From assembly GCA_017483125.1 (NCBI GenBank), contig JAFULU010000128.1:1-44752 (forward strand): DNA of 44,752 nt, given 5' to 3'. Position 1 is the first letter of the stretch. Every line of letters begins with the position of its first letter. The DNA is from Clostridia bacterium. GTDB taxonomy: Bacteria > Bacillota > Clostridia > Oscillospirales > CAG-272. The notes below the pieces were generated by a model. It did no database searches. It was not told where the DNA came from and saw only the letters and a list, made by a program, of their open reading frames with translations. The position numbers and the translations under genes were made by a program. Below are positions 8,464 to 16,810 of this stretch, piece by piece.

Positions 8464-9554
8464 AAGGAAAGACTGCATTCAATGCCATGGAGGGCATCGA
8501 CCCTCGGTATATTCTGGAGGCCGCGCCGGATGCGGCTGTCCGCAAGGGAAGCAAGGCTCCCTATATCCGTATCCTTGCCGTGGCCGCGACGGTGGCCGTC
8601 CTGACGGCTGTGGCTGTGCTGGGGGCGGGGATCATGAAGCAGAGCGGGGAGAACCCGCCCGTGGTGCCGCCCGTAGGGGAGACGCAGGACGCGCAGACTC
8701 CCGCCGAGGGGGAGGGCGAGACCGCCGCGCCCGCAGATGGTTCTTACGCTACCGATCTGTATACGGTGACAGAGATCGACGGGAAGCATTATATCAGCTT
8801 TGTGGATGGGAATGAGAAGCCACAAGAAGGAAGTAGCGGAAACGCCATGATCGTTAAGGGAATTTACTTCAACTCCATCGAGGAAATGAAGCAAAAGTTC
8901 TTAAAGGGCAATTTCACTACGGCCGAGGTGAAGAATCTAAAATTCCAGCTCACACTGACGGATAAGGGATTCGAGATTCCCGATATGACCCAACTGTATG
9001 ATGTCGTTTTGCCGGATGGGTGGAGTGTTTCTTATGTAACCTTGACGGAAACAGATATTCAGATCGCATTTCGAAATGAAGCGACTTACAATGAGAAGAT
9101 AGAGGATTTTTCCGGTGAATCCGGGTATATGATTCTGCTTACTGACGAGCAGTATGAAAAGAAATACCAAAAGGATATTGTCTCTTATATCGAAGAGATT
9201 GAGGACAACAAAATTCAAGACAAAACGGAGTATCTCGGTTATCCATGCTCCATGTACGAAGATGTGAACGATGATGTTCGACTGCGAGTTGTTCTTATGA
9301 AATTGGAGCGGGAAGGAAGCACCTTTGAGATTATGCTCACATACTGTGTAGAGCATCCCAAAAAAGAATATGTGAGTGATACCGTTCCTTACAGTGTTTG
9401 TATGTACGGTAGTGCAAACGACCAAAAGTTTAGGGTTTACCTTAGCGGTTTTGAGAATGGACCCAATCTGGAATTGTTGGCTTCTTTCGGCATCAAGCCT
9501 CTCGATCCCATGACCGCGGCTCCCGCCGAAACCGCATCTGCCCCCGCCTCTTGA
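8460..9554 (+). CDS. Putative membrane-anchored anti-sigma factor
   Basis: Overlaps sigma stop (ATGA); N-terminal AMEGIDPRYILEA typical of clostridial anti-sigma N-termini, one TM helix, extracellular domain. Confidence 0.75.
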   Translation: MKGKTAFNAMEGIDPRYILEAAPDAAVRKGSKAPYIRILAVAATVAVLTAVAVLGAGIMKQSGENPPVVPPVGETQDAQTPAEGEGETAAPADGSYATDLYTVTEIDGKHYISFVDGNEKPQEGSSGNAMIVKGIYFNSIEEMKQKFLKGNFTTAEVKNLKFQLTLTDKGFEIPDMTQLYDVVLPDGWSVSYVTLTETDIQIAFRNEATYNEKIEDFSGESGYMILLTDEQYEKKYQKDIVSYIEEIEDNKIQDKTEYLGYPCSMYEDVNDDVRLRVVLMKLEREGSTFEIMLTYCVEHPKKEYVSDTVPYSVCMYGSANDQKFRVYLSGFENGPNLELLASFGIKPLDPMTAAPAETASAPAS

Positions 9555-9570
9555 TCCTCCGCATGACCCC

Positions 9571-9604
9571 ATACCCCCATCCCTCCGAGGATGGGGGTAT
9601 TTTT
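9571..9604 (+). terminator. Rho-independent terminator
   Basis: ATACCCCCATCC / GGATGGGGGTAT 12-bp stem followed by T run. Confidence 0.8.
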
Positions 9605-9634
9605 CCTTATTTCAAAAAAATCTTCCAAAACCTC

Positions 9635-9663
9635 TTGTAAATACAGAGATTCTGTGCTATAAT
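9635..9663 (+). promoter_or_regulatory. SigA promoter of asnS
   Basis: TTGTAA - 17 nt - TATAAT with extended TG. Confidence 0.75.
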
Positions 9664-9707
9664 AAAAGGTGATAATTTGCAAAAATCCAAGATTGGAGTA
9701 ACATACC

Positions 9708-11084
9708 ATGAAACACACCGACATCAAAAAGCTGTTTGCCGAGTCCGAGTCCTTCGTGGGCACCGCCCCCGTCATCTGCGGCTGGGTGCGTACCGCCAGA
9801 GATTCCAAGAACGTCTCCTTCCTGGAGGTCAACGACGGCTCCTGCTTCAGAAGCCTTCAGCTGGTTATCGACAAGGAGAAGATGGACGAGAGCGTCTACC
9901 GCGACGCCATGGCCGTGGGCGCATCCCTCACCGCTACGGGTACCGTCGTCGCCTCCGACCGCAACGGGATCGAGATGAACGTGGAGACCCTGACCGTTCT
10001 GGGTAAGTGCCCCTCCGACTATCCCCTCCAGAAGAAGCGCCATACCCTGGAGTACCTCCGCACCATCCCCCACCTCCGTGTCCGCGCCCGCTACTTTGAG
10101 GCGGTCTTCGCCGTCCGCGATCAGCTGGCCCAGTCCATCCATCAGTACTTCCACAAGAACGGCTACCGCTACGTCCATCCCCCCATCATCACCGGCTCCG
10201 ACTGCGAGGGCGCGGGTGAGATGTTCCGCGTCACCACTCTGCCCTGGAACGCCACCGCCGAGAGCGAGGCTGAGTACTACGCAAACGATTTCTTCGGCCG
10301 CAAGGCAGGCCTGACCGTCTCCGCCCAGCTGGAGGGTGAGATGGCCGCCATGGGTCTGGGCCGTATCTACACCTTCGGCCCCACCTTCCGCGCCGAGAAC
10401 TCCAACACCACCCGCCACGTGGCCGAGTTCTGGCACGTGGAGCCCGAGGTCTGCTTCTGCGATATCCACGACATCATCGAGATCGCCGAGGACTTCATCA
10501 AGTACATCGTCAAGGATGTTATGGATCATTGCCCCGAGGAGATGGAGTTCTTCAACCAGTGGGTGGAGAAGGGCGTCATTGAGAAGCTGAACAGGATGCT
10601 GGAGAACGATTTCGTCAAGCTGGACTACACCGACGCCATCGAGATCCTCAAGGCATCGGGCAAGGACTTCAAGTTCCCCGTGGAGTGGGGCTGCGATCTC
10701 CAGACCGAGCATGAGAAGTACCTCACCGACGAGCACTTCGGCCGTCCCGTCTTCGTGGTCAACTATCCCGCCGCCATCAAGTCCTTCTACATGAAGCAGA
10801 ACCCCGACGGCAAGACCGTGGCCGCCACCGACCTGCTGGTCCCCGGCATCGGTGAGATCATCGGCTGCTCCGAGCGTGAGGCTGACTACGACAAGCTGGT
10901 GGCCGCCATGACCGCCCGCAATATGCCTCTGGAGAGCTACGAGGCCTACCTGGATACCCGTAAGTACGGTTCCGTCCCCCACAGCGGCTTCGGCCTGGGC
11001 TTTGAGCGTATGCTCATGTATATCACGGGCGTGCAGAATATCCGCGACGTGCTGATGTACCCCAGAACCGTCGGCTCCATGTGA
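9708..11084 (+). CDS. asnS: Asparagine--tRNA ligase
   Basis: GWVRT OB fold, YPLQKKRHTLEYLR, LTVSAQL, FGPTFRAENSNTTRH, GCDLQTEHE, RKYGSVPHSGFGLGFER. Confidence 0.97.
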   Translation: MKHTDIKKLFAESESFVGTAPVICGWVRTARDSKNVSFLEVNDGSCFRSLQLVIDKEKMDESVYRDAMAVGASLTATGTVVASDRNGIEMNVETLTVLGKCPSDYPLQKKRHTLEYLRTIPHLRVRARYFEAVFAVRDQLAQSIHQYFHKNGYRYVHPPIITGSDCEGAGEMFRVTTLPWNATAESEAEYYANDFFGRKAGLTVSAQLEGEMAAMGLGRIYTFGPTFRAENSNTTRHVAEFWHVEPEVCFCDIHDIIEIAEDFIKYIVKDVMDHCPEEMEFFNQWVEKGVIEKLNRMLENDFVKLDYTDAIEILKASGKDFKFPVEWGCDLQTEHEKYLTDEHFGRPVFVVNYPAAIKSFYMKQNPDGKTVAATDLLVPGIGEIIGCSEREADYDKLVAAMTARNMPLESYEAYLDTRKYGSVPHSGFGLGFERMLMYITGVQNIRDVLMYPRTVGSM

Positions 11085-11115
11085 TCCATCCCCCATACAG
11101 TAAGGAGATAATACC

Positions 11116-11910
11116 ATGAAAAAGCTGTTGCTCTTCGCCCTGATCCTGACCCTCGCCCTGTGCGTGGCCGCTTGCGATAAGGCTCCCGCCGAGACTCCCA
11201 CCGATGCTCCTACGGAGACCCCCACCGAGGCACCCACCGAAGCACCCACCGACGCCCCCACCGAGGAGCCTACCGAAGCTCCTACCGAGGCCCCCACCGA
11301 GGCTCCTACCGAGACCCCCACCGAGGAGCCCACCGAGGAGCCCACCGAGGCTCCCACCGACGCGCCCGCCGATCCCGTTGAGCCTACTGCCCTCTACACC
11401 GCCGAGCAGCTGGCCGCCATGGTGCCCGCCAACGCCACCGTGACCCTGGAGGGGGACTACGCCCACTTCCTCACCGGCACCGCCGACACCATGACCAACC
11501 CCTCCGTCACCCTCGTGGCCGATGAGGAGGCCTTCAGCGATATCATCGTCATCAAGTACCGCACCAACTGCGGCAGCTACGGCTCCAACTTCTGGGGCAC
11601 CCTCCTGCTCAACGGCACCGCCGAGTTCAACGGCAACCGCCGCGACAGCGATAACTGGTTCTACTACGCCACCGACGGCTCCTGGAACGTTCTGATCCTG
11701 GACATGAGAAAGAACAAGCAGGGCTCCGAGGGCACTCCCGACACCGACGTGACGGGCGGCGCGGCCATTGATTCGGTGGTCTACAACTTCTTTGACTATG
11801 CCGGCAACGACGGCAAGCTCGCCACCGCCGACGGCGGCGAGGAGTACTTCGATATCGAGTACATCGCCTTCTTCAACACCAAGGAGGAGGCCCAGTCCTA
11901 CGCGGGCTGA
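11116..11910 (+). CDS. Lipoprotein with (PTEA)n linker and C-terminal beta-sandwich-like domain
   Basis: Signal peptide with lipobox VAAC; tandem PTEA/PTEE repeats; IIVIKYRT ... YFDIEYIAFF C-terminal domain; AAGGAG RBS. Confidence 0.8.
   Translation: MKKLLLFALILTLALCVAACDKAPAETPTDAPTETPTEAPTEAPTDAPTEEPTEAPTEAPTEAPTETPTEEPTEEPTEAPTDAPADPVEPTALYTAEQLAAMVPANATVTLEGDYAHFLTGTADTMTNPSVTLVADEEAFSDIIVIKYRTNCGSYGSNFWGTLLLNGTAEFNGNRRDSDNWFYYATDGSWNVLILDMRKNKQGSEGTPDTDVTGGAAIDSVVYNFFDYAGNDGKLATADGGEEYFDIEYIAFFNTKEEAQSYAG
11185..11370 (+). repeat. 12-bp coding tandem repeat (PTEA/PTEE/PTDA)
   Basis: About 14-15 degenerate CCCACCGAGGCN units in the lipoprotein linker. Confidence 0.85.
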
Positions 11911-11929
11911 TCCCATACGGTCATACCCC

Positions 11930-11975
11930 AAGCAGGGTGTCTCTGCCATACAGGCGGGAGGCACCCTGCTTTTTT
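11930..11975 (+). terminator. Rho-independent terminator
   Basis: AAGCAGGGTG...CACCCTGCTT stem plus T run. Confidence 0.8.
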
Positions 11976-12016
11976 GGCGGAGAAGATGAAGAATCATGAA
12001 GAATGCTCCTAAATCC

Positions 12017-12124
12017 TTGACAGCCCTCCCAAGGGGTGGTACAATGGAGCTACCGATACCGATCGTCCCAAAACGCGACCGATTATCCCGCTTTTTCGCC
12101 AAACGAGGGAAAGTATGCTATAAT
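12017..12124 (+). promoter_or_regulatory. Two tandem SigA-like promoters
   Basis: TTGACA-17-TACAAT (12017-12045) and TCGCCA-17-TATAAT with extended TG (12096-12124). Confidence 0.6.
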
Positions 12125-12152
12125 GGAGCCATCGACCGAAAGGAGTATCACC

Positions 12153-12479
12153 ATGGAACAAAACCGCATCATCCGCCTGTCCACCAAAGTTTTCGCCATT
12201 GTCTTCGCCGTCCTGTACGCCGCCATTACCGTCGTGGGGACCGTCGGGTACAGCATCTGGTACGGCCTGCTCATCGCCACCGCTCTGCTCTTGCCCGTGG
12301 CCATCCCGACCTGGTTCATCCTCTCCCTGATCCTCTACCTCCGCGCCAGGAAGCGGGGGGGCGACGACCTGCCCGCGCTGAAGCACCGCCTGAAGACCTC
12401 GGTCATCCTCCTGATCTTCCTGGCCATCATGATCGCCCTGCTCTTCGCCTTCTTCGCCTGCGCCATCAGCCATATGTGA
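12153..12479 (+). CDS. Small integral membrane protein (about 3 TM)
   Basis: ATG 12153 after GAAAGGAG; hydrophobic segments; host-like codon usage. Confidence 0.75.
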   Translation: MEQNRIIRLSTKVFAIVFAVLYAAITVVGTVGYSIWYGLLIATALLLPVAIPTWFILSLILYLRARKRGGDDLPALKHRLKTSVILLIFLAIMIALLFAFFACAISHM

Positions 12480-12520
12480 CGAAAAGTCAATGACCGTTGA
12501 TAGTAAAGGAGAATTTCACC

Positions 12521-12661
12521 ATGACCGATAAGATCTACCGCCGCCTCGTCGCCCTGGTCCTGGCTCTGGGGATGCTGACCACCACGGCGCTGGTGGCCTA
12601 TACCGCCTACCTCCACAGTAACGTGTCCATCATCACCTACGTGGCAAAGGAGGGGTACTGA
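12521..12661 (+). CDS. 46-aa single-TM small protein (below ORF-track cutoff)
   Basis: AAAGGAG RBS, MTDKIYRRLVALVLALGMLTTTALVAYTAYLHSNVSIITYVAKEGY*, stop 1 nt before next start; GC3-rich codons. Confidence 0.7.
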   Translation: MTDKIYRRLVALVLALGMLTTTALVAYTAYLHSNVSIITYVAKEGY

Positions 12662-12662
12662 T

Positions 12663-13664
12663 ATGGCCAAGACTACCGCAAAAGCCCCCCTCGACCGCCG
12701 CAAGCTCACGGGCCAGCTCCTCTCCCTCGGCACGCTGGTTTTGCTGTTCGTGATGCTGAACCTCACCGTGTTCTTCGTCTTCACCCGCCGCTGTCTCCCC
12801 GCCACCAGCGAGGGGATGCAGGCCAAGTCGGTGGAGCTGGGGGCCTACCTGCCCTTTGAGGAGGACTCCAGGATCGTCAAGCTCGACGGCTCCCTGAAAC
12901 TCACCGAAGACCTCCCCGTCATCGACGGCGCGGCGGCCCTCTACCCCATTTTCTCGGGCTTCGTGAACGCCGTCTACCCCGACGACAGCGTCCATTTTGA
13001 CGGCGAAAACTTCACCCCCGACAGCGCACTCCAATACACCAACACCCGCGGCGCCTACAAGGGCATCGTAGACGGCACCGTGGATATCGCCATCTGCGTA
13101 GCCCCCTCGGAGGAGCAGCTGGCCTATGCCAAGGAGAAGGGCGTGGAGCTGGAATTCACCCCCATCGGCAGGGAAGCCTTCGTGTTCTTTGTCAACAAGG
13201 ACAATCCCGTGGACGGTCTCACCACCGAGCAGCTGCGGGGCATCTACGCGGGGGAGTACCGCAACTGGTCGGAGGTGGGAGGCGACAACACCCACATTGC
13301 CGTCCTCCAGAGAAACGCGGGGAGCGGCAGTCAGTCCGCCCTCCTGAACTTCATGGGGGACACCCCCGTGAAGACCGACTATCTCACCTTCATGGGCCGC
13401 TCCATCGGCTTCTCCTTCCGCTTCTACGTGGAGGGCATGGTGGGAAAAGACTCCCCCGAGGGCGGAGTGAAGCTCCTGGCTCTGGATGGGGTCTATCCCG
13501 ACACCGAGAACATCAAGAACGGCTCTTACCCCATCATCAACGAGCTGTACGCTGTTACCCGCAAGGGGGAGGAAAACCCCAATGTACAGGCCTTCGTGGA
13601 TTGGATGCTGACCGAGGAGGGGCAGGCCATCGTGGAGGGGTCGGGGTACGTGGGGATGGAGTAA
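12663..13664 (+). CDS. PstS-like phosphate-binding (PBP superfamily) membrane-anchored protein
   Basis: IDGAAALYP, PIGREAFVFFVNKDNPV..LT.EQLRGIYAG...NWSEVGG, QRNAGSGSQ, ENIKNGSYP motifs; N-terminal TM. Confidence 0.85.
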   Translation: MAKTTAKAPLDRRKLTGQLLSLGTLVLLFVMLNLTVFFVFTRRCLPATSEGMQAKSVELGAYLPFEEDSRIVKLDGSLKLTEDLPVIDGAAALYPIFSGFVNAVYPDDSVHFDGENFTPDSALQYTNTRGAYKGIVDGTVDIAICVAPSEEQLAYAKEKGVELEFTPIGREAFVFFVNKDNPVDGLTTEQLRGIYAGEYRNWSEVGGDNTHIAVLQRNAGSGSQSALLNFMGDTPVKTDYLTFMGRSIGFSFRFYVEGMVGKDSPEGGVKLLALDGVYPDTENIKNGSYPIINELYAVTRKGEENPNVQAFVDWMLTEEGQAIVEGSGYVGME

Positions 13665-13714
13665 ATGCAAAATGCAAAATGTCCTCGCTTCGCTCGGCGG
13701 AACGGCTGAAACGT

Positions 13715-13754
13715 AAAAAGAGGTGTCTTACCCGATGGGGCGAGACACCTTTTT
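13715..13754. terminator. Bidirectional terminator
   Basis: A5-g-AGGTGTCT...AGACACCT-T4 between convergent genes. Confidence 0.75.
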
Positions 13755-13756
13755 CG

Positions 13757-14272
13757 TTATTGGATATGGAGCTTTTTCGGGTCGATCACCGTCCGCAGGA
13801 GGGTGCGGAAGTCGGCTTCGTTGCCCTCGGTGAAGCCGTTCTTCGCCACAAGCTGGGCTTGTTTTTCGGCTATGTACAGGAAATAATAGTCGGGGCACTC
13901 GGTGACGCGCAGGATCGCATCATACGTATGTGGCGTGGGCTCGCGGCCCTGCTCTCCGTAGGTGTAGCCGTCCTGCGTAAAGGTAAAGGTGAATACCAAT
14001 TTGCGGGAAGCGATCCGCCAAGCCGTGATCTTGGGCAAAAGCATGAGAATCGGGCACCCCAGCGTTACGATGGAGGTGCAGATCACCACGAGATAGGTGA
14101 TAAGATCTCCCCATCCCCACGCGATGGACAGAAGCCCACGCACGGCGGGAATCGCGCTGAGGATCATCAGCACGGTCAGGAGTATCAGCGTCTTTTTGTC
14201 GGAGGCGTTGCTTTGAGACAAAAAGGCTGTGACGGCTTTATACGTCATGGGGGTGGTGTTTCGGATCTCCAT
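13757..14272 (-). CDS. YcxB-like membrane protein (paralog 2)
   Basis: Two TM helices then FTFT.DG...Y..I.RVTE..DYYFLYI....AQLV.KNGF; start at ATG 14272 behind GAAAGGAA. Confidence 0.8.
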   Translation of the reverse strand: MEIRNTTPMTYKAVTAFLSQSNASDKKTLILLTVLMILSAIPAVRGLLSIAWGWGDLITYLVVICTSIVTLGCPILMLLPKITAWRIASRKLVFTFTFTQDGYTYGEQGREPTPHTYDAILRVTECPDYYFLYIAEKQAQLVAKNGFTEGNEADFRTLLRTVIDPKKLHIQ

Positions 14273-14292
14273 AGCGGTTCCTTTCGTGGTAC

Positions 14293-14832
14293 TCAATGAA
14301 TATGGAGCTTTTTGGGGTCGATCACCGTCCGCAGGAGGGTGCGGAAATCGGCTTCGTTGCCCTCGGTAAAGCCGTTCTTGTCCACGATGTGGGCGGCGTT
14401 GGGGGCGATGAATAGGTAGAAGTAGTGCTCGGATTCGGTGACCTTGACGATGACGCTATAGCCACACTGCTGCTGCTCCTTGAGGGCCTTGGAGACGGTG
14501 GACTGCTCGAAGCCTTCCTCGGTGAAGATGTAGTCGACCACGCTCTCCTGGTCAGCCTGCTTGCAGGCGGTGCGCTTGACGGTAATGGGGACGACGGTGC
14601 TGTAGCCGATATAGATGATGAGGAGGACGATCATCGCGGCGATCATGGTGGGGGACAGGTAGGGATCTTCACCCAAAAGGAATAAGAGACACTGACTGAA
14701 CAGGAAAAACACCAGAGCGCCTATGGCGATCAGGCAAAGGATGTTGATCAACCTGCGGGTCTTGCGGCGGAAGGTCTTGTTGAACTCAATGATACAGTCG
14801 TGGGTGTAGGGGGTGGTGTTTTTGATTTCCAT
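14293..14832 (-). CDS. YcxB-like membrane protein (paralog 1)
   Basis: Two TM helices then YIFTEEG...YS.IVKVTESEHYFYLFI....AHIVDKNGF; GAAAGGAG RBS. Confidence 0.8.
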   Translation of the reverse strand: MEIKNTTPYTHDCIIEFNKTFRRKTRRLINILCLIAIGALVFFLFSQCLLFLLGEDPYLSPTMIAAMIVLLIIYIGYSTVVPITVKRTACKQADQESVVDYIFTEEGFEQSTVSKALKEQQQCGYSVIVKVTESEHYFYLFIAPNAAHIVDKNGFTEGNEADFRTLLRTVIDPKKLHIH

Positions 14833-14866
14833 GGGTTTCTCCTTTCAAAGGGGGTACACTATATAA

Positions 14867-14892
14867 GACGTAAAAGGATAGCGAAATCTTTC
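14867..14892 (-). promoter_or_regulatory. Candidate ECF-sigma promoter
   Basis: Minus strand GAAAG - 17 nt - CGTC(TTATATAG) upstream of the YcxB pair. Confidence 0.5.
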
Positions 14893-14939
14893 GGATTTTG
14901 CGAAAAAAGTTGAAAAAATTTGGCTGGGTGTCTTACCCG

Positions 14940-14968
14940 ATTATACCACACTCCGCTCATCCTGTCAA
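14940..14968 (-). promoter_or_regulatory. SigA promoter for YcxB pair
   Basis: Minus strand TTGACA - 17 nt - TATAAT with extended TG. Confidence 0.8.
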
Positions 14969-15033
14969 CTCTCTATTGTCCGTATCCGTTCCCCAATTTT
15001 GCATTTTGCATTCTGCATTTTGCATTCTAACAA

Positions 15034-15062
15034 GAAAACCACCCCTTCCCGGAGTGGTTTTC
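15034..15062 (-). terminator. Probable terminator of the VTC/DUF4956 operon
   Basis: GAAAACCAC...GTGGTTTTC stem just past the 15080 stop. Confidence 0.55.
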
Positions 15063-15079
15063 CCTTATGTATCAACGCC

Positions 15080-15757
15080 TTACAGCGTCTCCATGGTATT
15101 CTGCACCAGAGAGATATTCAGGTTGCCGTTACGCATACGGAGCTCGTCGAGGAACTCCTTTTCCTGCTTCTTGTCCTTCATGACGATGCGGTAGTCCAGC
15201 TCCAGAAGGGTGCCGTAGTCCTGGGTCTTGATGCGGTTGAGGTGGTAGTAGCGGCAGTAGGTCTTCAGCACGGGGTCGAAAACGCCGTCATAGTCCAGGG
15301 ACTCGGGGATGAGGATGCGGAGTCGCTTGCCGGTGCCGCCGAAGCGGTCGATGCCGATGAGGTTGAGCAGGATGATGAAGAGGAGGAGCAGGCCGATGGC
15401 GATAGCGCCGAAGCCGATGAAGCCCACGCCACAGGCGATACCGGCGGCGATGGAGATGTAGTAGTAGATGATGTCGCGGGGATCCTCCACCGTGTTACGG
15501 AAGCGGATCAGCGCCAGACCGCCGCCGATGGAGATAGCGCGGGCGATATTGGAGCCGATACAGATGACGATGATGGCCACGGCAGGGCCCAGGAGCATCA
15601 TGGTGAAGAGCATGGCGGGGCGGAAGCCGGTGCGGCGGTGGGTGAACATATAGACCAGCATGATGGCCACCGAGAGGCCGAGGGCACAGCCCATGACGGT
15701 GAGGGCGTGGCCGAGGGTGATGACGGTGATATCAATGGATTCCAGAATGTGATTCAT
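15080..15757 (-). CDS. DUF4956-family membrane protein
   Basis: IGSNIARAISIGGGLALIRFRNTVEDPRDI; C-terminal EFLDELRMRNGNL; usual partner of VTC-domain genes; GGAGG RBS before ATG 15757. Confidence 0.85.
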   Translation of the reverse strand: MNHILESIDITVITLGHALTVMGCALGLSVAIMLVYMFTHRRTGFRPAMLFTMMLLGPAVAIIVICIGSNIARAISIGGGLALIRFRNTVEDPRDIIYYYISIAAGIACGVGFIGFGAIAIGLLLLFIILLNLIGIDRFGGTGKRLRILIPESLDYDGVFDPVLKTYCRYYHLNRIKTQDYGTLLELDYRIVMKDKKQEKEFLDELRMRNGNLNISLVQNTMETL

Positions 15758-15774
15758 GGTAGCTTCCTCCAAAT

Positions 15775-16533
15775 TTAGTGTATCAGGCGCAGATAGTGGT
15801 CTTCGTCGGGATGCTCGGTACAGGCTTTCTCGTAGGTATGGAGCTTGAAGTCTGTACCCACCTTGGAGAAGGTGTGGAAGGAAAGGCCGAAGTCGCTCAT
15901 GACGCGGCAGAACCAGAAGGGAACCGCCCCCGCGAACTTGACCTCCAGGAGGGTGGTACCCTCGGTGAGGATGGGGGTGCCGTAGCGGCCCAGAGTGAGA
16001 TCCAGGTCGTAGCGGCGGGTGAGGATATCGCTGTCAAAGGTGAGACGGAAGGAAGGGTCCTCACGCCCGTGGTAGGCATTGCGTAGATAGCTGACGTAGA
16101 CTCTGGGCTCCACCGTCTCGTGGGAGCGGTAGTAGTCGATCTCCCGGAGCACCTGCTCGTCGATGTAGGACAGCCCCGCGGGGTGGATGCCCGTGTCGAG
16201 GTAGTGCTTGAGGTCACCGTAACGGAGCTTGGTGCGGCGCTTGGTGCCCACGCCGTAGTATTTCTTTTTCAGCTCCAGAAATACCTTGGTGTCCTCGGTG
16301 GGGACGCCGTAGCTGCGCAGTCGGAGCTTTTCCTTGTACTTGGGGAGCTGGACCGAGCCGCGGATGACGTGGTCGTCAAAGTCATCGTAGTAGAGGTTGC
16401 AGATCATGTAGGGCTTGCCGTCCACGTTGTAGGGGTCGTCCTTCATGTAGGGGGCGATCCGCGCCTTCAGCTCCTCTACCCGCTCGGTGGGCAGAGTGGT
16501 CTTTTTTTCCATGCGCTTGAAGGTATTGGCCAT
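15775..16533 (-). CDS. VTC (polyphosphate polymerase) domain protein
   Basis: FKRMEKK, ICNLYYD, KEKLRLRSYG, VFLELKKK, KRR, FRLTFD, LLEVK, FSK motifs; AAAGGAGG RBS before ATG 16533. Confidence 0.9.
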   Translation of the reverse strand: MANTFKRMEKKTTLPTERVEELKARIAPYMKDDPYNVDGKPYMICNLYYDDFDDHVIRGSVQLPKYKEKLRLRSYGVPTEDTKVFLELKKKYYGVGTKRRTKLRYGDLKHYLDTGIHPAGLSYIDEQVLREIDYYRSHETVEPRVYVSYLRNAYHGREDPSFRLTFDSDILTRRYDLDLTLGRYGTPILTEGTTLLEVKFAGAVPFWFCRVMSDFGLSFHTFSKVGTDFKLHTYEKACTEHPDEDHYLRLIH

Positions 16534-16810
16534 GCTGCCTCCTTTCCGCTTTTTTAGAGCCGCTCGGTATTCTGCTTGGTGGGGTACAAGAGACCCCAAT
16601 TAAGCACATTATATAGGTAATATGTGACGAAAATTTGAACAATCATGGAAAAAGGTGCGAATTTACAGATTATTTACCGAATTTCAAAGCCTCGGCGGCA
16701 GATACGGATGATTTCGGCTTGACCGCCATGTTTTTCAAGGGCTACCGAGACCGAAACGGCGCACACTAACGGATGCAAACACCGTTTTTGACCGAAAGGA
16801 GCCTCAAACC

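Larger units (their letters stand above)
13663..15027. mobile_element. Heptamer-array-bracketed cassette carrying two YcxB-like genes
   Basis: AAATGC-AAAATGC-AAAATG at 13663-13681 (overlapping the upstream TAA) and inverted (ATTTTGC)n at 14995-15027. Mobility is inferred. Confidence 0.5.

Noticed and set aside
9664-9707. T-box riboswitch upstream of asnS (and of the his operon)
   Set aside because: Leaders are only about 40-60 nt and lack the T-box motif.
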